DNA of 34,867 nucleotides from Batkoa obscura (lineage: Eukaryota), in NCBI GenBank assembly GCA_030770535.1, contig JASVEC010000184.1, positions 1-34,867 of the forward strand, given 5' to 3'. A program made the position numbers and the translations under genes. Numbering within the stretch: the stretch's first letter is position 1; each line of letters starts with the position of its first letter. The notes below the pieces were generated by a model. It ran no database searches. It was not told where the DNA came from and saw only the letters and a program-made list of their open reading frames with translations. Of this stretch, positions 11,689-22,838 are shown piece after piece.

Positions 11689-11721
11689 ATTTATTCATTT
11701 TAATCATAATTAAAATTAAAA

Positions 11722-12723
11722 TTAACATGCACGACCCATATGAAGATCAAAATAAGAAAGATGATCATCCACAGACAATAAAGAATTAACAGAAACAGAA
11801 CATTTAGCATCTTCTAATGTCAGTGATGAACATTGTATTGTCCCCGATTTAGTTATCCAAAGCTCATTATTATGATGTGAAAACCCCAACAACCTTGGTG
11901 GTAGTCGAGGTACAATATCATATTTATTGACCACCCTTGATGTATAAAAAGAGAAAGAATCATACCATTTAGCGAAATTATTGTTACCAACCCTTGGCTC
12001 TCCATAAGTGAAAAGCTTCATTCTTTCAGGTGGCAAGCTTAAGCTAAGGAATATGTCTGCGGCGGCTAAAGTAGCAATAGCGCCACCCAACGAATGACCA
12101 GTAACGACTAAATGGTAATCTGGATAAATTTTTAATAGATTGGAAATAATGGGTAAATAATAAGGTCTTAAAGCTTCTGCACATCCTTTAAATCCTAAAT
12201 GGACTTGGATATCAGGTTTGTCAGGTAGTAAACGAGTTCTAAGTATCTTGACATTTTGAAGCCAATTTTTTAAATTAGCACTACCACGGAAAGCTATAAC
12301 TATCGCTTGATTTTTATCATCTATTGTTATAAATGTTCTTGTTTCGGTCCTTTTATCTTCAAATATAGTTGCTTGTTTTATGTCATTTCTTAAGAGGCAA
12401 CGTGAACATGTCCATGATGCCAATAATTCTTTAGGGCAATATGCAGTTGATGCGAAAATGGCGTATTTATTTGATTCTTGTTCATCCATCTTTTTTAATT
12501 TGGATATTATTAGAGTTCGTTCTCTCTCAGTTAATTTATTATCTTCTTCGTTAACTGTTAAATTCATCAAATTATTTATTAGAGTGGATTCATAACTCAA
12601 GGTATCAAGAAATTCTTCTTCGGCTACTATAGTAGCTTCATCTCTAAATGATTTACTAACAACACTTTTAATATATGCTAGTAATAAGTAGAAATAAAAT
12701 AGTAGTTTGAGAGTATAGCTCAT
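11722..12723 (-). CDS. Secreted class 3 lipase (copy 4); ATG at 12723 (the ORF-track start at 12735 is TTG)
   Basis: Signal peptide; FRGSA; VHLGF; GHSLGG; YGEPRVGN; DIVPRLPP; DHLSYF. Confidence 0.95.
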   Translation of the reverse strand: MSYTLKLLFYFYLLLAYIKSVVSKSFRDEATIVAEEEFLDTLSYESTLINNLMNLTVNEEDNKLTERERTLIISKLKKMDEQESNKYAIFASTAYCPKELLASWTCSRCLLRNDIKQATIFEDKRTETRTFITIDDKNQAIVIAFRGSANLKNWLQNVKILRTRLLPDKPDIQVHLGFKGCAEALRPYYLPIISNLLKIYPDYHLVVTGHSLGGAIATLAAADIFLSLSLPPERMKLFTYGEPRVGNNNFAKWYDSFSFYTSRVVNKYDIVPRLPPRLLGFSHHNNELWITKSGTIQCSSLTLEDAKCSVSVNSLLSVDDHLSYFDLHMGRAC

Positions 12724-13134
12724 TTTTAAACTCAATAAAAAGTATTGTTACTATTTTTTAGTATTCATTTTTTTAAAAATCGACTATCATCAGAAGATCC
12801 TATTTAAAGAGTACAAAAGAAATTAAAACTACTAAGACTAGGAAAGGCAGAGTAGAAAAAAAGGTGTATGAAATAAATATATCAGTTTCTGATTGATTTT
12901 TTTGTATCCTTTACATGGGATGACATGATATTAAGATGAAATATCTTTTATTTTATTTATTAACATATTAAAAATTTAAGCTATATTTTTCAAAAAATAG
13001 TTTATAATTTTAAGTTAAAAACATTGAAATTTTTAGAACTTGTATATATTAAAAAGGTGTTATTTGTTATAAATAAATATTTGTATTTAATGAAGTACAT
13101 TTTTTATTAATACTTGATATAAAAATCATTATAT

Positions 13135-13231
13135 GGGGATAATCTTTTCGATTTCATTACTTTTTCCACCTTTTAAGCGCTATTTGAGCGGAAAATTTAT
13201 TGGTAAAATTCTTGAACACAAATATATCCCC
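13135..13231 (+). mobile_element. MITE copy, ATAT TSD
   Basis: ATAT-GGGGAT...ATCCCC-ATAT. Confidence 0.9.
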
Positions 13232-13562
13232 ATATCGAGTTTTTTTAACAGTAAGTTTTGAATTCAAACCATCAGAAACCTTAGAGACTTTTTTAAAAAA
13301 GCTATTTACTTTCAAAAAATATAAACACCATAATAAAAATAAGTTATTACCATGTAAAACTCTATAAATGATGTACCTAGTTTCACTTATTCTACTTAAT
13401 AAATACTAATTTTAAAAAAGACTCAAAATTTATCAATTAAAAATTTAATCACTACTAACTATTTAAATGCTACATTTAAAATGGATAAGCTCGCAGTAAG
13501 GTTAATTCAACCTTTTTGTCTAAAACTCTACAATCTACTTTTAGCTCCAAATTCACCCAATT

Positions 13563-14564
13563 CTAGCATTTATGTCCCATTTGTGTATCCCAATATTTCA
13601 TATGATCTGTAACTGAGAGAAAAGAATTGACAGACAATGAACATTTTGAATCTTCTAATGCTAGGGAAGAGCACTGCTGTGATCCTGATTTTGTCAACCA
13701 GATCTCATTGTTACGATGAGAAAACCCTAATAATCTAGGTGGTAATCGTGGTACAATATCATTTTTATTCACTACCCTTGAAGAATAATAGGGCAATAAA
13801 TCATACCATTTAGCAAATTCATTATTACCTACCCGAGGTTCACCATAAGTGAATAATTTTACTCTTTCAGAAGGTAGTTTTAAAGTAAAATAAAGATCTG
13901 CTGCTGCTAGTGAGGCTACTGCACCACCTAAAGAGTGACCAGTAACAATTAAATGGTAATTCGGGTAAGTTTTTAACAAGTTAGAAATTACAGGTAAATA
14001 ATTTGGCCTTAAAGCACCCATACATTGTTTAAAACCAAGATGTACTTGTACTTCTGGATTATCAGGAAGCAATTCACTTTTAAGTATCTTGACATTTTGT
14101 AACCAATTTTTTAAATTGGCACTACCACGAAAGGCAATAATTACATTACGATTTTTGTGGTCAACGGTGATAAAAGCTCGAGACTCCGTATTTTTATGTT
14201 CAAATACCATAGCTTGAGTAATATCGCTTCTTAAACGACACCGTGAACAGGACCAATTTATTATTTGCTCTTTAGGACAATAGACAGAAGATGCAAAAAG
14301 CACATAGTCTTTAGATTCTTCTTCGGTAGTCTTTTTGATTTTCGAGATAATTAAGGTACGTTCACTTTTTGTTATCTCATTATCTTCAGCATTGACAGTC
14401 AGGTTCATTAAGTTGTCTATTAAGTTGGTTTCATAGGCTGCATCATCCGATTCTCTTGGAGGTATAGTGGTTGGATAGTTTTGAAATGAATTAATACGGA
14501 ACCTTTGGCTTTGGAGTAGAGCCAAAATAGTGCAATAAAATAGTAGTATAAAAGTGTAATTCAT
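13563..14564 (-). CDS. Secreted class 3 lipase (copy 5), closest paralogue of copy 4
   Basis: Signal peptide; FRGSANLKNWLQNVKIL shared with copy 4; GHSLGG; DIVPRLPP; DHMKYW. Confidence 0.95.
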   Translation of the reverse strand: MNYTFILLFYCTILALLQSQRFRINSFQNYPTTIPPRESDDAAYETNLIDNLMNLTVNAEDNEITKSERTLIISKIKKTTEEESKDYVLFASSVYCPKEQIINWSCSRCRLRSDITQAMVFEHKNTESRAFITVDHKNRNVIIAFRGSANLKNWLQNVKILKSELLPDNPEVQVHLGFKQCMGALRPNYLPVISNLLKTYPNYHLIVTGHSLGGAVASLAAADLYFTLKLPSERVKLFTYGEPRVGNNEFAKWYDLLPYYSSRVVNKNDIVPRLPPRLLGFSHRNNEIWLTKSGSQQCSSLALEDSKCSLSVNSFLSVTDHMKYWDTQMGHKC

Positions 14565-15601
14565 TTCTTAAAGTAGTTGATATTGCTAATTGTTTCTTCA
14601 AAAACAAAACTACGAATGTTGAAATTTTAATATTTGGCTAAATATAATTTTTGGTTTATCACTTGATGATCCTATTTAGATAAAGTTTATAAACTAACAC
14701 TAATAAGAGAATAAAAATAAATCACAATAAGTTAAAGAATTCAATTATTTATTTTATTGGTATATATTATATGTATAAAAAACAAAATGAGTTATTATTA
14801 GACACAAATAAAATTTATATTAAACCTTCTTGATCAAAAAGAACCTAAAGCTTAAAAACGTTTATGAATTTTTTTAAATTAAGTTTTATAAAAGTAAACA
14901 AAGCATATTCCTAGTTATAATAAACTAAGTCAGTATGAATTTTTTACAATACTATTAGTTATTCATTAATTTAGCATTAAGTTTAAGATTGAGATTTATT
15001 AAACCCATGCATTATGTCAATTTGGTACATAACCACTTTCTGCCCATTAAAACTCATTTTCATTTTAATTAAAGATAATGAATTTGAAATCTTTATTTGA
15101 ATAAGCTGATAAGTTCATATTTATTGGCTAAAAATGTAATAAATAAATTTATAAGTGTTGCATCCTTTTATGGTAGGAATACTTTTAAGAAATAGTTTGC
15201 ATTCATAGTATAACTATTATTAATATCTATAAATATAAACAGCTTTACTAATACGCGTTTTTTATAAAGTTGGTATGGTAGTATTATTAATACATTTCTT
15301 ATATTGAATCCAATACTATAATGAATTAAATAAACACTACTATTTATAAATAATAATGGTAGATTTGATAATAATTAAATTATTAACAAATTTCAACACT
15401 ATCATTAACTCAATACTTTTGATGACTTGTTTAGATTACTAATAGTAAAATTTCAATTGCAATTTATTTAGAATGCATGATCAAAAGAGCTAATTTTATT
15501 CTTAAAAAAATCAAAATAGTTAAGTCCAATAAAAATCAAACTTTAAAAGTATAAAAGCTATCAATGTACAAACGTTAACTTAAAAAAACTGTTATAAAAA
15601 A

Positions 15602-16447
15602 ATGTCAACCATATCTAAAGAATGTTGCTCCACTCCAGCTGTTATAGTCAACCCAGGAGATTATCAGATTCAGGGTTCCTTTTCTAAAGTAGATGATTTA
15701 GATTATTATACTATTGGAAATAGTGATAAAAAGGTTATATTGCTTTATGATATCCTAGGTTATCATACCAACAACTTTCAGTTCTCTGATATTTTATGTA
15801 AATTAACTGGATATCAAATCATTGTCCCAGATTTCTTTCGTGGAAAGCCATGGCCTGGAAGTGATTTACCACCTAAAGAGTAAGTTTTATTTATCCCAAT
15901 TAATTCAACCTTATTTTATGTATTGTAGTATTCAAAAACTTATTAACTGGGCAGGAGTAGAGAATGGCTATGAGAATAGAGTATCAAAAGACTTAACTTT
16001 ATTAATCAATCACTTTAACAAATCTACTCCTAATAATCAATATGCTTTGATCGGATTCTGTTGGGGTGGATTAATGCTATTTGATGCATTGAATAGTAAT
16101 CAATTTGTAGCTGGTATTGCTACTCATCCTTCTATGTTAACAGAACAAAACTTCAAAAATTTAAAGTATCCTATTTTATTAGCTCCTACTAAACAAGAAA
16201 AAGATATTGTAAGCTATTTTAATAGTCAAGTTTATTTTGTTTCTAATCTTCACTCTATTAGATTCCATTTTTTGACTTAATTCCATCAGATGTAAAATCT
16301 AAAAGTGAACTTCATGATTTCACTGATCAAGTCCATGGGTTTGCAGCAGCAAGAGGTGACTTCCAAAATAGCGAAAACTTTAAAAGAGTTAATGATCTCC
16401 TTACTGCTAGTCAACATTTTTTAACAAAATATTTTAAACATTATTAA
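15602..16447 (+). CDS. Dienelactone hydrolase family protein, copy A; exons 15602-15879, 15929-16208, 16262-16447
   Basis: Two GT-AG introns give a continuous ORF with CC near the N-terminus, YDILG, IIVPDFFRG, GFCWGG nucleophile, ATHPS and QVHGFAAARGD. Confidence 0.92.
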
Positions 16448-16470
16448 TTTTAATATTTAATTTAAAATGA
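15623..16470 (+). repeat. Left arm of a long inverted repeat (partner 20071-20927)
   Basis: 15623-15839 = reverse complement of 20711-20927 (217 bp). 15957-16470 = reverse complement of 20071-20584 (514 bp). No mismatches seen by eye. Confidence 0.93.
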
Positions 16471-16667
16471 ATTTATTTTAATTTTATTTCCCCCCTCTTT
16501 TTATTAAATTAAAAACAATATAAAACCAAACAAATATAAAAAATTCACTATTAAGTCCATGTTTCTTTTACCGTCAATGTAAAAAAAGTTTCAACATTTA
16601 ACTTAATAAATCTCTTTAGTTTTTTATCAAAAAAACTCAACCAACCAACTATCCTTTTCCAATTTAT

Positions 16668-19392
16668 TTAATCTTTAATTTGACCCATAACAAATGGATG
16701 ACTTAATAATTCAATAGCTGTAGGTCGTTGTTCATGGTCACTAATATAAAACAATATTTATTTATTGTTAAAAAATAATCAATTAGAATTATTATTAAAC
16801 TTACATAATAAATGTTTTTTGTAAAAAAGATTTGACTAAATTAGATGAATGTTCTGGTATATCTGGTGCAACATCACAACCAATCTAAATTATATAAAAG
16901 AAACATTAATAAGATACAATAGCCTAACCTTATCCTTCCATAATCTCCCCTTTAAATGAACAGATAATAATTATCTTACCTTAAATATAGCTTGCATTTG
17001 ATTAAAATGAGGATAAGGATGTTTACCAGTTAACATTTCAATAACTAAACATCCTAAAGCCCTATTTATATTAATAGTTAGGATTGTTAATTAATTGTTG
17101 TATATTGTATATTAGTATTACCATATATCTGCCTTAATAGTATAATGGGTTTGTTTAATAACTTCGGGCGCCATCCTAAATAAAATTTTAAGTACCATAT
17201 CAAAAAATTCTTTTATTCAAATCGTTTTACCAATAAATTGATCCTAAAGTAAAAAAACTTGATTAGTGTTTCATTTTTAATAAAACTTGATAATCCCACT
17301 TACCCTGTAAACTTGTCCTTTGATTAGTTAATGAAGATAATACTTCTTCTTGCAATTTCTTGCTCACTCCAAAATCAGTAATTTTAACGATACCTTTATT
17401 ATCCACTAATATATTTCCTCCCTTAATATCTCGATGTACGATATTTTGAGAATGTAAAAAACTTAAGCCAACTAATATTTGTTTCACATAAACTTGAATT
17501 AAGGTTTCTTTAAATGGACCATAATCATTTAATTGACCACTTACTGAACCCCCAGGAACGTATTCGAGGAGAATATTCAAGTGCTTATCTTTTACTTCAG
17601 AGCCTAAGATGGTGGATTAATCTTTGTTAGGTATTATTATGCTATTATAACAAAAATTTTACCCAAATATCTAACAATATTAGGATGATTAAACCCTTTT
17701 AATAATTCAATTTCCCTTTGTAAAGCATCTAACCTTTGCTGTTATATAGAATAGTAGAGATTAATTATCTTATTAGATATTCATTAATAATAATAAATTA
17801 CTTGTGATAATTTAACAGAGGAACTAGTATTATAAATATCAGGTAATAACACTTGTTTCACTGCCATTAATTCTCCATTAATTGGATTTAATCCTAAGTA
17901 AACATCTCCAAAAGAGCCTGAACCAATACATGGTCCTTTAACCCAATCACATTTAAATTCCTTGTTTTCAATACCCTCATTCGCTTCACCTATCCCGCTG
18001 ACTGTTACTTCATTCAATGTTTCTAATTTGGTTCTTCGGGAATATATCATTGATGCATTGTTATTATTATTTATCATACTATTACTAATATTATTAATAT
18101 TGTTTTTAACTGGTCTGGGTCTTGAATTTTGTAAATTATATAAAGCCTCAGTTACACCTTCTGTTTTATGATCCGGAAAAAATTGCATTAAATTAGAACT
18201 GATTAATTCGCTTGGTGGACGGGTACCAAATATTTTAGTTAATTTATTTTGTTTTGTTACTGCTTTTGAACTAGTTGGTGAATTTTGAATTTCTTTTCTA
18301 TTATTGTTATTGGGTGTAAGATTATTTGAGGAAATATGATGTTTATTTAAATGTCTTTTTCTTAATATTAATTTTTCTCTCAAACTTCTGGAATTGTCTT
18401 GACATATCTCGTATAATTCTTGGGAATTTAAACATCTTGCTATAAAAATTGAAATTATCTCATTATAAGTTTGTTAAATATTTTAAATATCAAATTTACT
18501 TGCTTCTCCAGAAACTAAAAATATAGCATATTTTTCCGTGCCTTCTTCCACACCAAAAGATTTTAATATATCTTGCCATATTTTTTCTCGATCTTTAACA
18601 TCCCTTAATATTACTGTTTTTGTTTTTCCGTCCGAACCAAAGATACGTAAACTGGGCTAAGATATATAATAAAAATTGAAATTTTAGCTAAAATAAAACA
18701 TAAACAATCTCAAGGTTACCTGAATCTCCGGAGAAATGGGTGGTGAGGGGTCGGAATAAATAGAATATAATGAATTCAAAGAATTTGTATTTTCTTTATC
18801 ATTATTAATATTACTCCTAGATCTTCTTAGTAATGCATTAAATGTACCAATAGGCGATAGTTTAGGTTGAGTTTTATTATTGGTTTGATATAATGGAGCT
18901 GAATAAATTTGCTTATAATTGGCCATATCTTTTAATTTAATTAAATACTCTCTCTTTAATAAGTTAATAGCGGATAATATTCGAACTCTTGAGCCTACTT
19001 TTATAATACCCATCATTTTTAAGTATTCATTATTGATTTCTAATAACACTTCTCCATTGATATCGTTTTCTATAAACAAATTATAAAAAATAAAACTTAA
19101 TTTGAATTGTTTTAGTTTATAAAAAATACAAATTCTTACTTATAAAATAGTTTTCAAATTCATTTAACTCTTTATCATTCAGCCATTGCAATACTTGTCT
19201 TTCACTCCAATCTAAAGCTGGATGTTTCCTTAATAGGTTCTCTTCTTTTTCTAATTGAGGTAAATTGAAATTCGATATGGTTGATAAATTTAAACTTGCT
19301 GGGCCATGATTTTGCTTATAACTTTGTAATTGACTATTACTAGGTTGACGATTATTATTCTCTTTAACTTTAAAGCCATTGAAGCCTTTCAT
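16668..19392 (-). CDS. STE11: STE11/Byr2-type MAP kinase kinase kinase (SAM + Ras-association + kinase); exons 19392-19140, 19069-18720, 18656-18500, 18439-17802, 17738-17663, 17603-17304, 17243-17231, 17175-17122, 17061-16980, 16884-16805, 16740-16668
   Basis: Ten GT-AG introns splice in frame. SAM domain ([31 protein letters not shown]); RA-like region ([21 protein letters not shown]); [20 protein letters not shown] linker motif; kinase motifs [41 protein letters not shown]. Confidence 0.93.
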
Positions 19393-20070
19393 TGTAGATA
19401 TTTTTGATATTAGTTTATGTTAAAGAAACGATTAATAAAATTAGTAAAAATGGTGTGTTTTCTTAGCTGATGAATTAATCTTGAGAAATAAAGTGGCTAA
19501 ATTCTAAAGTTAATTTCTATTGGTAAAAAATCAAACTTAGAGAAGCTCCTTAATCTTACTGGTATATTTTAAAAAAAATTAAAATTGATTGTTCTTTTAT
19601 TCTTAGTTAACTAATTGATTGAGTTCTATTAAAATTCTAACTAATTGATTAAACTATACCTAATATATTAAATTAAAGAATAAAATATATATTAAATTCA
19701 ACAATAGTCTTCTTCTAATATATTAATATTCATATGAATCTTCTTTATTGTTGATATTGATTGGTGTAAATGGCATTTATCTTAAAAAAATTAATTATAA
19801 TTTAGTAGCAACTAATTTTTTTTAGTAAAATTAAATTGAATTTTTCCTATCAAATAGATATAGTGGATGCCAGAGATTGATTCGATACTCTAAATTTAAC
19901 TTTTTAATAAATTAATTTGACGTTTTTGTATAACGTTAAAAATGTATTAAATACTAAAAATAGTTTAAATACTAAATTAAGTTTATATAAATAAACCACC
20001 TTTTCATTCTAAAATTTTATCAATATATATGAAAATCATCACAGGAACTAATTTGATATTAAGTTATGTC

Positions 20071-20927
20071 TCATTTTAAATTAAATATTAAAATTAATAA
20101 TGTTTAAAATATTTTGTTAAAAAATGTTGACTAGCAGTAAGGAGATCATTAACTCTTTTAAAGTTTTCGCTATTTTGGAAGTCACCTCTTGCTGCTGCAA
20201 ACCCATGGACTTGATCAGTGAAATCATGAAGTTCACTTTTAGATTTTACATCTGATGGAATTAAGTCAAAAAATGGAATCTAATAGAGTGAAGATTAGAA
20301 ACAAAATAAACTTGACTATTAAAATAGCTTACAATATCTTTTTCTTGTTTAGTAGGAGCTAATAAAATAGGATACTTTAAATTTTTGAAGTTTTGTTCTG
20401 TTAACATAGAAGGATGAGTAGCAATACCAGCTACAAATTGATTACTATTCAATGCATCAAATAGCATTAATCCACCCCAACAGAATCCGATCAAAGCATA
20501 TTGATTATTAGGAGTAGATTTGTTAAAGTGATTGATTAATAAAGTTAAGTCTTTTGATACTCTATTCTCATAGCCATTCTCTACAGTTGCCCAATCAATC
20601 ATTTCTTGCATACTAAAATCAATGTTAGTATAAACATATTAGATAAATCAATAAGTAATAATATAATTACTATGTAACTGGCAATTCGTGTGGAGGCCAT
20701 GGCTTTCCATGAAAGAAATCTGGGACAATGATTTGATATCCAGTTAATTTACATAAAATATCAGAGAACTGAAAGTTGTTGGTATGATAACCTAGGATAT
20801 CATAAAGCAATATAACCTTTTTATCACTATTTCCAATAGTATAATAATCTAAATCATCTACTTTAGAAAAGGAACCCTGAATCTGATAATCTCCTGGGTT
20901 GACTATAACAGCTGGAGTGGAGCAACA
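20071..20927 (-). repeat. Right arm of the long inverted repeat (partner 15623-16470)
   Basis: Reverse complement of the left arm in two blocks that look identical, including intron 2 and the 3' UTR. Confidence 0.93.
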
Positions 20928-20948
20928 CTCTTTGGTAATTGTTGGCCT
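20094..20948 (-). pseudogene. Dienelactone hydrolase copy B; frame intact but start codon reads AGG; exons 20948-20671, 20612-20333, 20279-20094
   Basis: Aligns to copy A. The ATG position is AGG (AGG CCA ACA ATT ACC AAA GAG TGT TGC), with an in-frame TAA three codons upstream. Confidence 0.75.
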
Positions 20949-21003
20949 TGTTTTTTATGTTCGTCTTTTTTGAAATCTATGTTTTGATGATAGGTGTTTA
21001 TAT

Positions 21004-21102
21004 GAGGATGTATTTTTATATTTAAGAATTTTACCAACAATTTTCTCACTCAAACAGCGCTCAAAAGACAGAAAAAGTAATGAAGCCAAAAAAAACATCC
21101 CC
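21004..21102 (-). mobile_element. MITE copy, ATAT TSD, in the promoter of DLH copy B
   Basis: ATAT-GAGGATGT...ACATCCCC-ATAT. Confidence 0.92.
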
Positions 21103-21872
21103 ATATACTGTTTTTTTATTGGACTTGTATTTTAAATGACACATACAAAAGACAAAAATTAAAGCTAAGTCTTGAAAATTTAAGTAGAGGCGTGTATATT
21201 GTAAATCAATTACACTATCCGCAAGGATTGTTCCGACCGAAACTAATTTTTTTATATTCCACTATAACCTTCTAAATGATAGATAATAACACTAAAACTT
21301 TTGTTTGTTAAAGTTCGAAATGATATGCTAAAAATTTCGTATTTACTATGAAAATTGTTAACTATTATTCAAGATTAGGTTGATAACTCAAATGAGTTTT
21401 TTGTTTTGAAGCCCTTGGCTTTGAAGTCAGAAAACAATCTGGAAATCATTGCAAAAACTACAATCAGTAACACATTTAATAGCCAATAACTTGTATTTTT
21501 ATATTGCTAACTTTCAATTTTTATAGTAAGATATTTACATATTTTGTTCTTATTTTATACTTAGTTAATTTAGTCAACTTAATTTGGTATAAAAAAAATC
21601 AATGAGTTAACGATTAAAACATATTTTACTATTTTAACCTTATAGCTACAATCCAACATCATTAATCCTTTGATTGTTTTATTATGATACTACAGATATT
21701 ATAAACCCAATTTCTTTCTAAAAACGTTTTTAAGATATCTCAAGTGTTATTAAATAAAAAAATAAAGCTCTGTTAGATAAATCATGCATTATGCCTTTAG
21801 CATTTTAGCTTTTATATTTATCATTAGACATCTTTTCAATATCCAATAAAACGAGATTTATAAATAGTATAT

Positions 21873-21970
21873 GGGGCTGTTTTTTTTAGTTTCATTATTT
21901 TTCCATTTTTTAAGCGCTATTTATGTGGAAAAATTGTCAGTAAAATTCTTAAATACAAAAATACATCCCC
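21873..21970 (+). mobile_element. MITE copy, ATAT TSD
   Basis: ATAT-GGGGCTGT...ACATCCCC-ATAT; near-identical to 31110-31207. Confidence 0.92.
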
Positions 21971-22838
21971 ATATGCTTTTTAATTTTTAGTAAACATAAA
22001 TAACATATAAGATGAAATATAATATTTCAAAGAATAAAAAAACTCTAAGGAACGTCCATAAGAAAATAGGTTTTGGTAACACATAGAGGAAATTTAATGG
22101 AGTTGATACAACCTACTTTTTTAGAGGACCTGTTGGTAATAACAAAGGCATGCTTATATACTCTTTTAATATAATTAACCGTTCTAAGAAAAGAACTGGA
22201 ATAGGCGGAGGAGCTTGAATTGTTTAAAATTTGAGTAAAATTTCTATGTAGGGTTCATATTAACAATTTTTTTTAATATTCTGACTCTTTAACTATTATT
22301 CTTGCTACTAATATTATAGTATTTGAACGGATCTGATTTGTTTTTAATGAATATAGTCATCTGATTCCTATCGTAAATTTTTCAAAACAGCAATGAATAA
22401 TTAATATATGATTTTAGCTAATTTATGGTATTTATCATTGACCACCTGATTGTTTTTTAAATCAATTCTCTTTATGCTTATAGAACTATTAGCCCTTTTT
22501 TCCTTTATAACTTTTATTAAAATTTATTATGTTTAATATAATATGTTACAGAAAAATTGGACTTTATTAAATAAAACACCTGTTTAATCACATTCCTAGA
22601 ATTATACTTTTCGTTGTTTATAATAGCCAAAATTAATGTTAAAAGGTATAAAGCAAGGATATATGACAGATGTTTTTAGTTACTGATTAAATGACTAATG
22701 AATTGGACTTAGCATATAAACATAAATTAGAAGGGTTTAATTAGGCAAATTAAGTTTTAAGTTTAAATTGAAAATCGACTTAATCATATAAAAAGAACTA
22801 ATATAGAATATTACAAAGTTTGCTTCTTTGCCTTTAAA

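Noticed and set aside
1411..18171. Antisense ORFs 1411-1644, 5281-5514, 6456-6656, 10910-11134, 12380-12595 and 17962-18171
   Set aside because: Shadows of real genes on the opposite strand.
16471..20070. Calling the cassette a mating-type locus outright
   Set aside because: No HMG, homeodomain, pheromone or receptor gene is visible; only the architecture is suggestive.
22060..22220. Coding-looking fragment (KFNGVDTTYFFRGPVGNNKG)
   Set aside because: Short, bounded by stops, with no recognisable homology.
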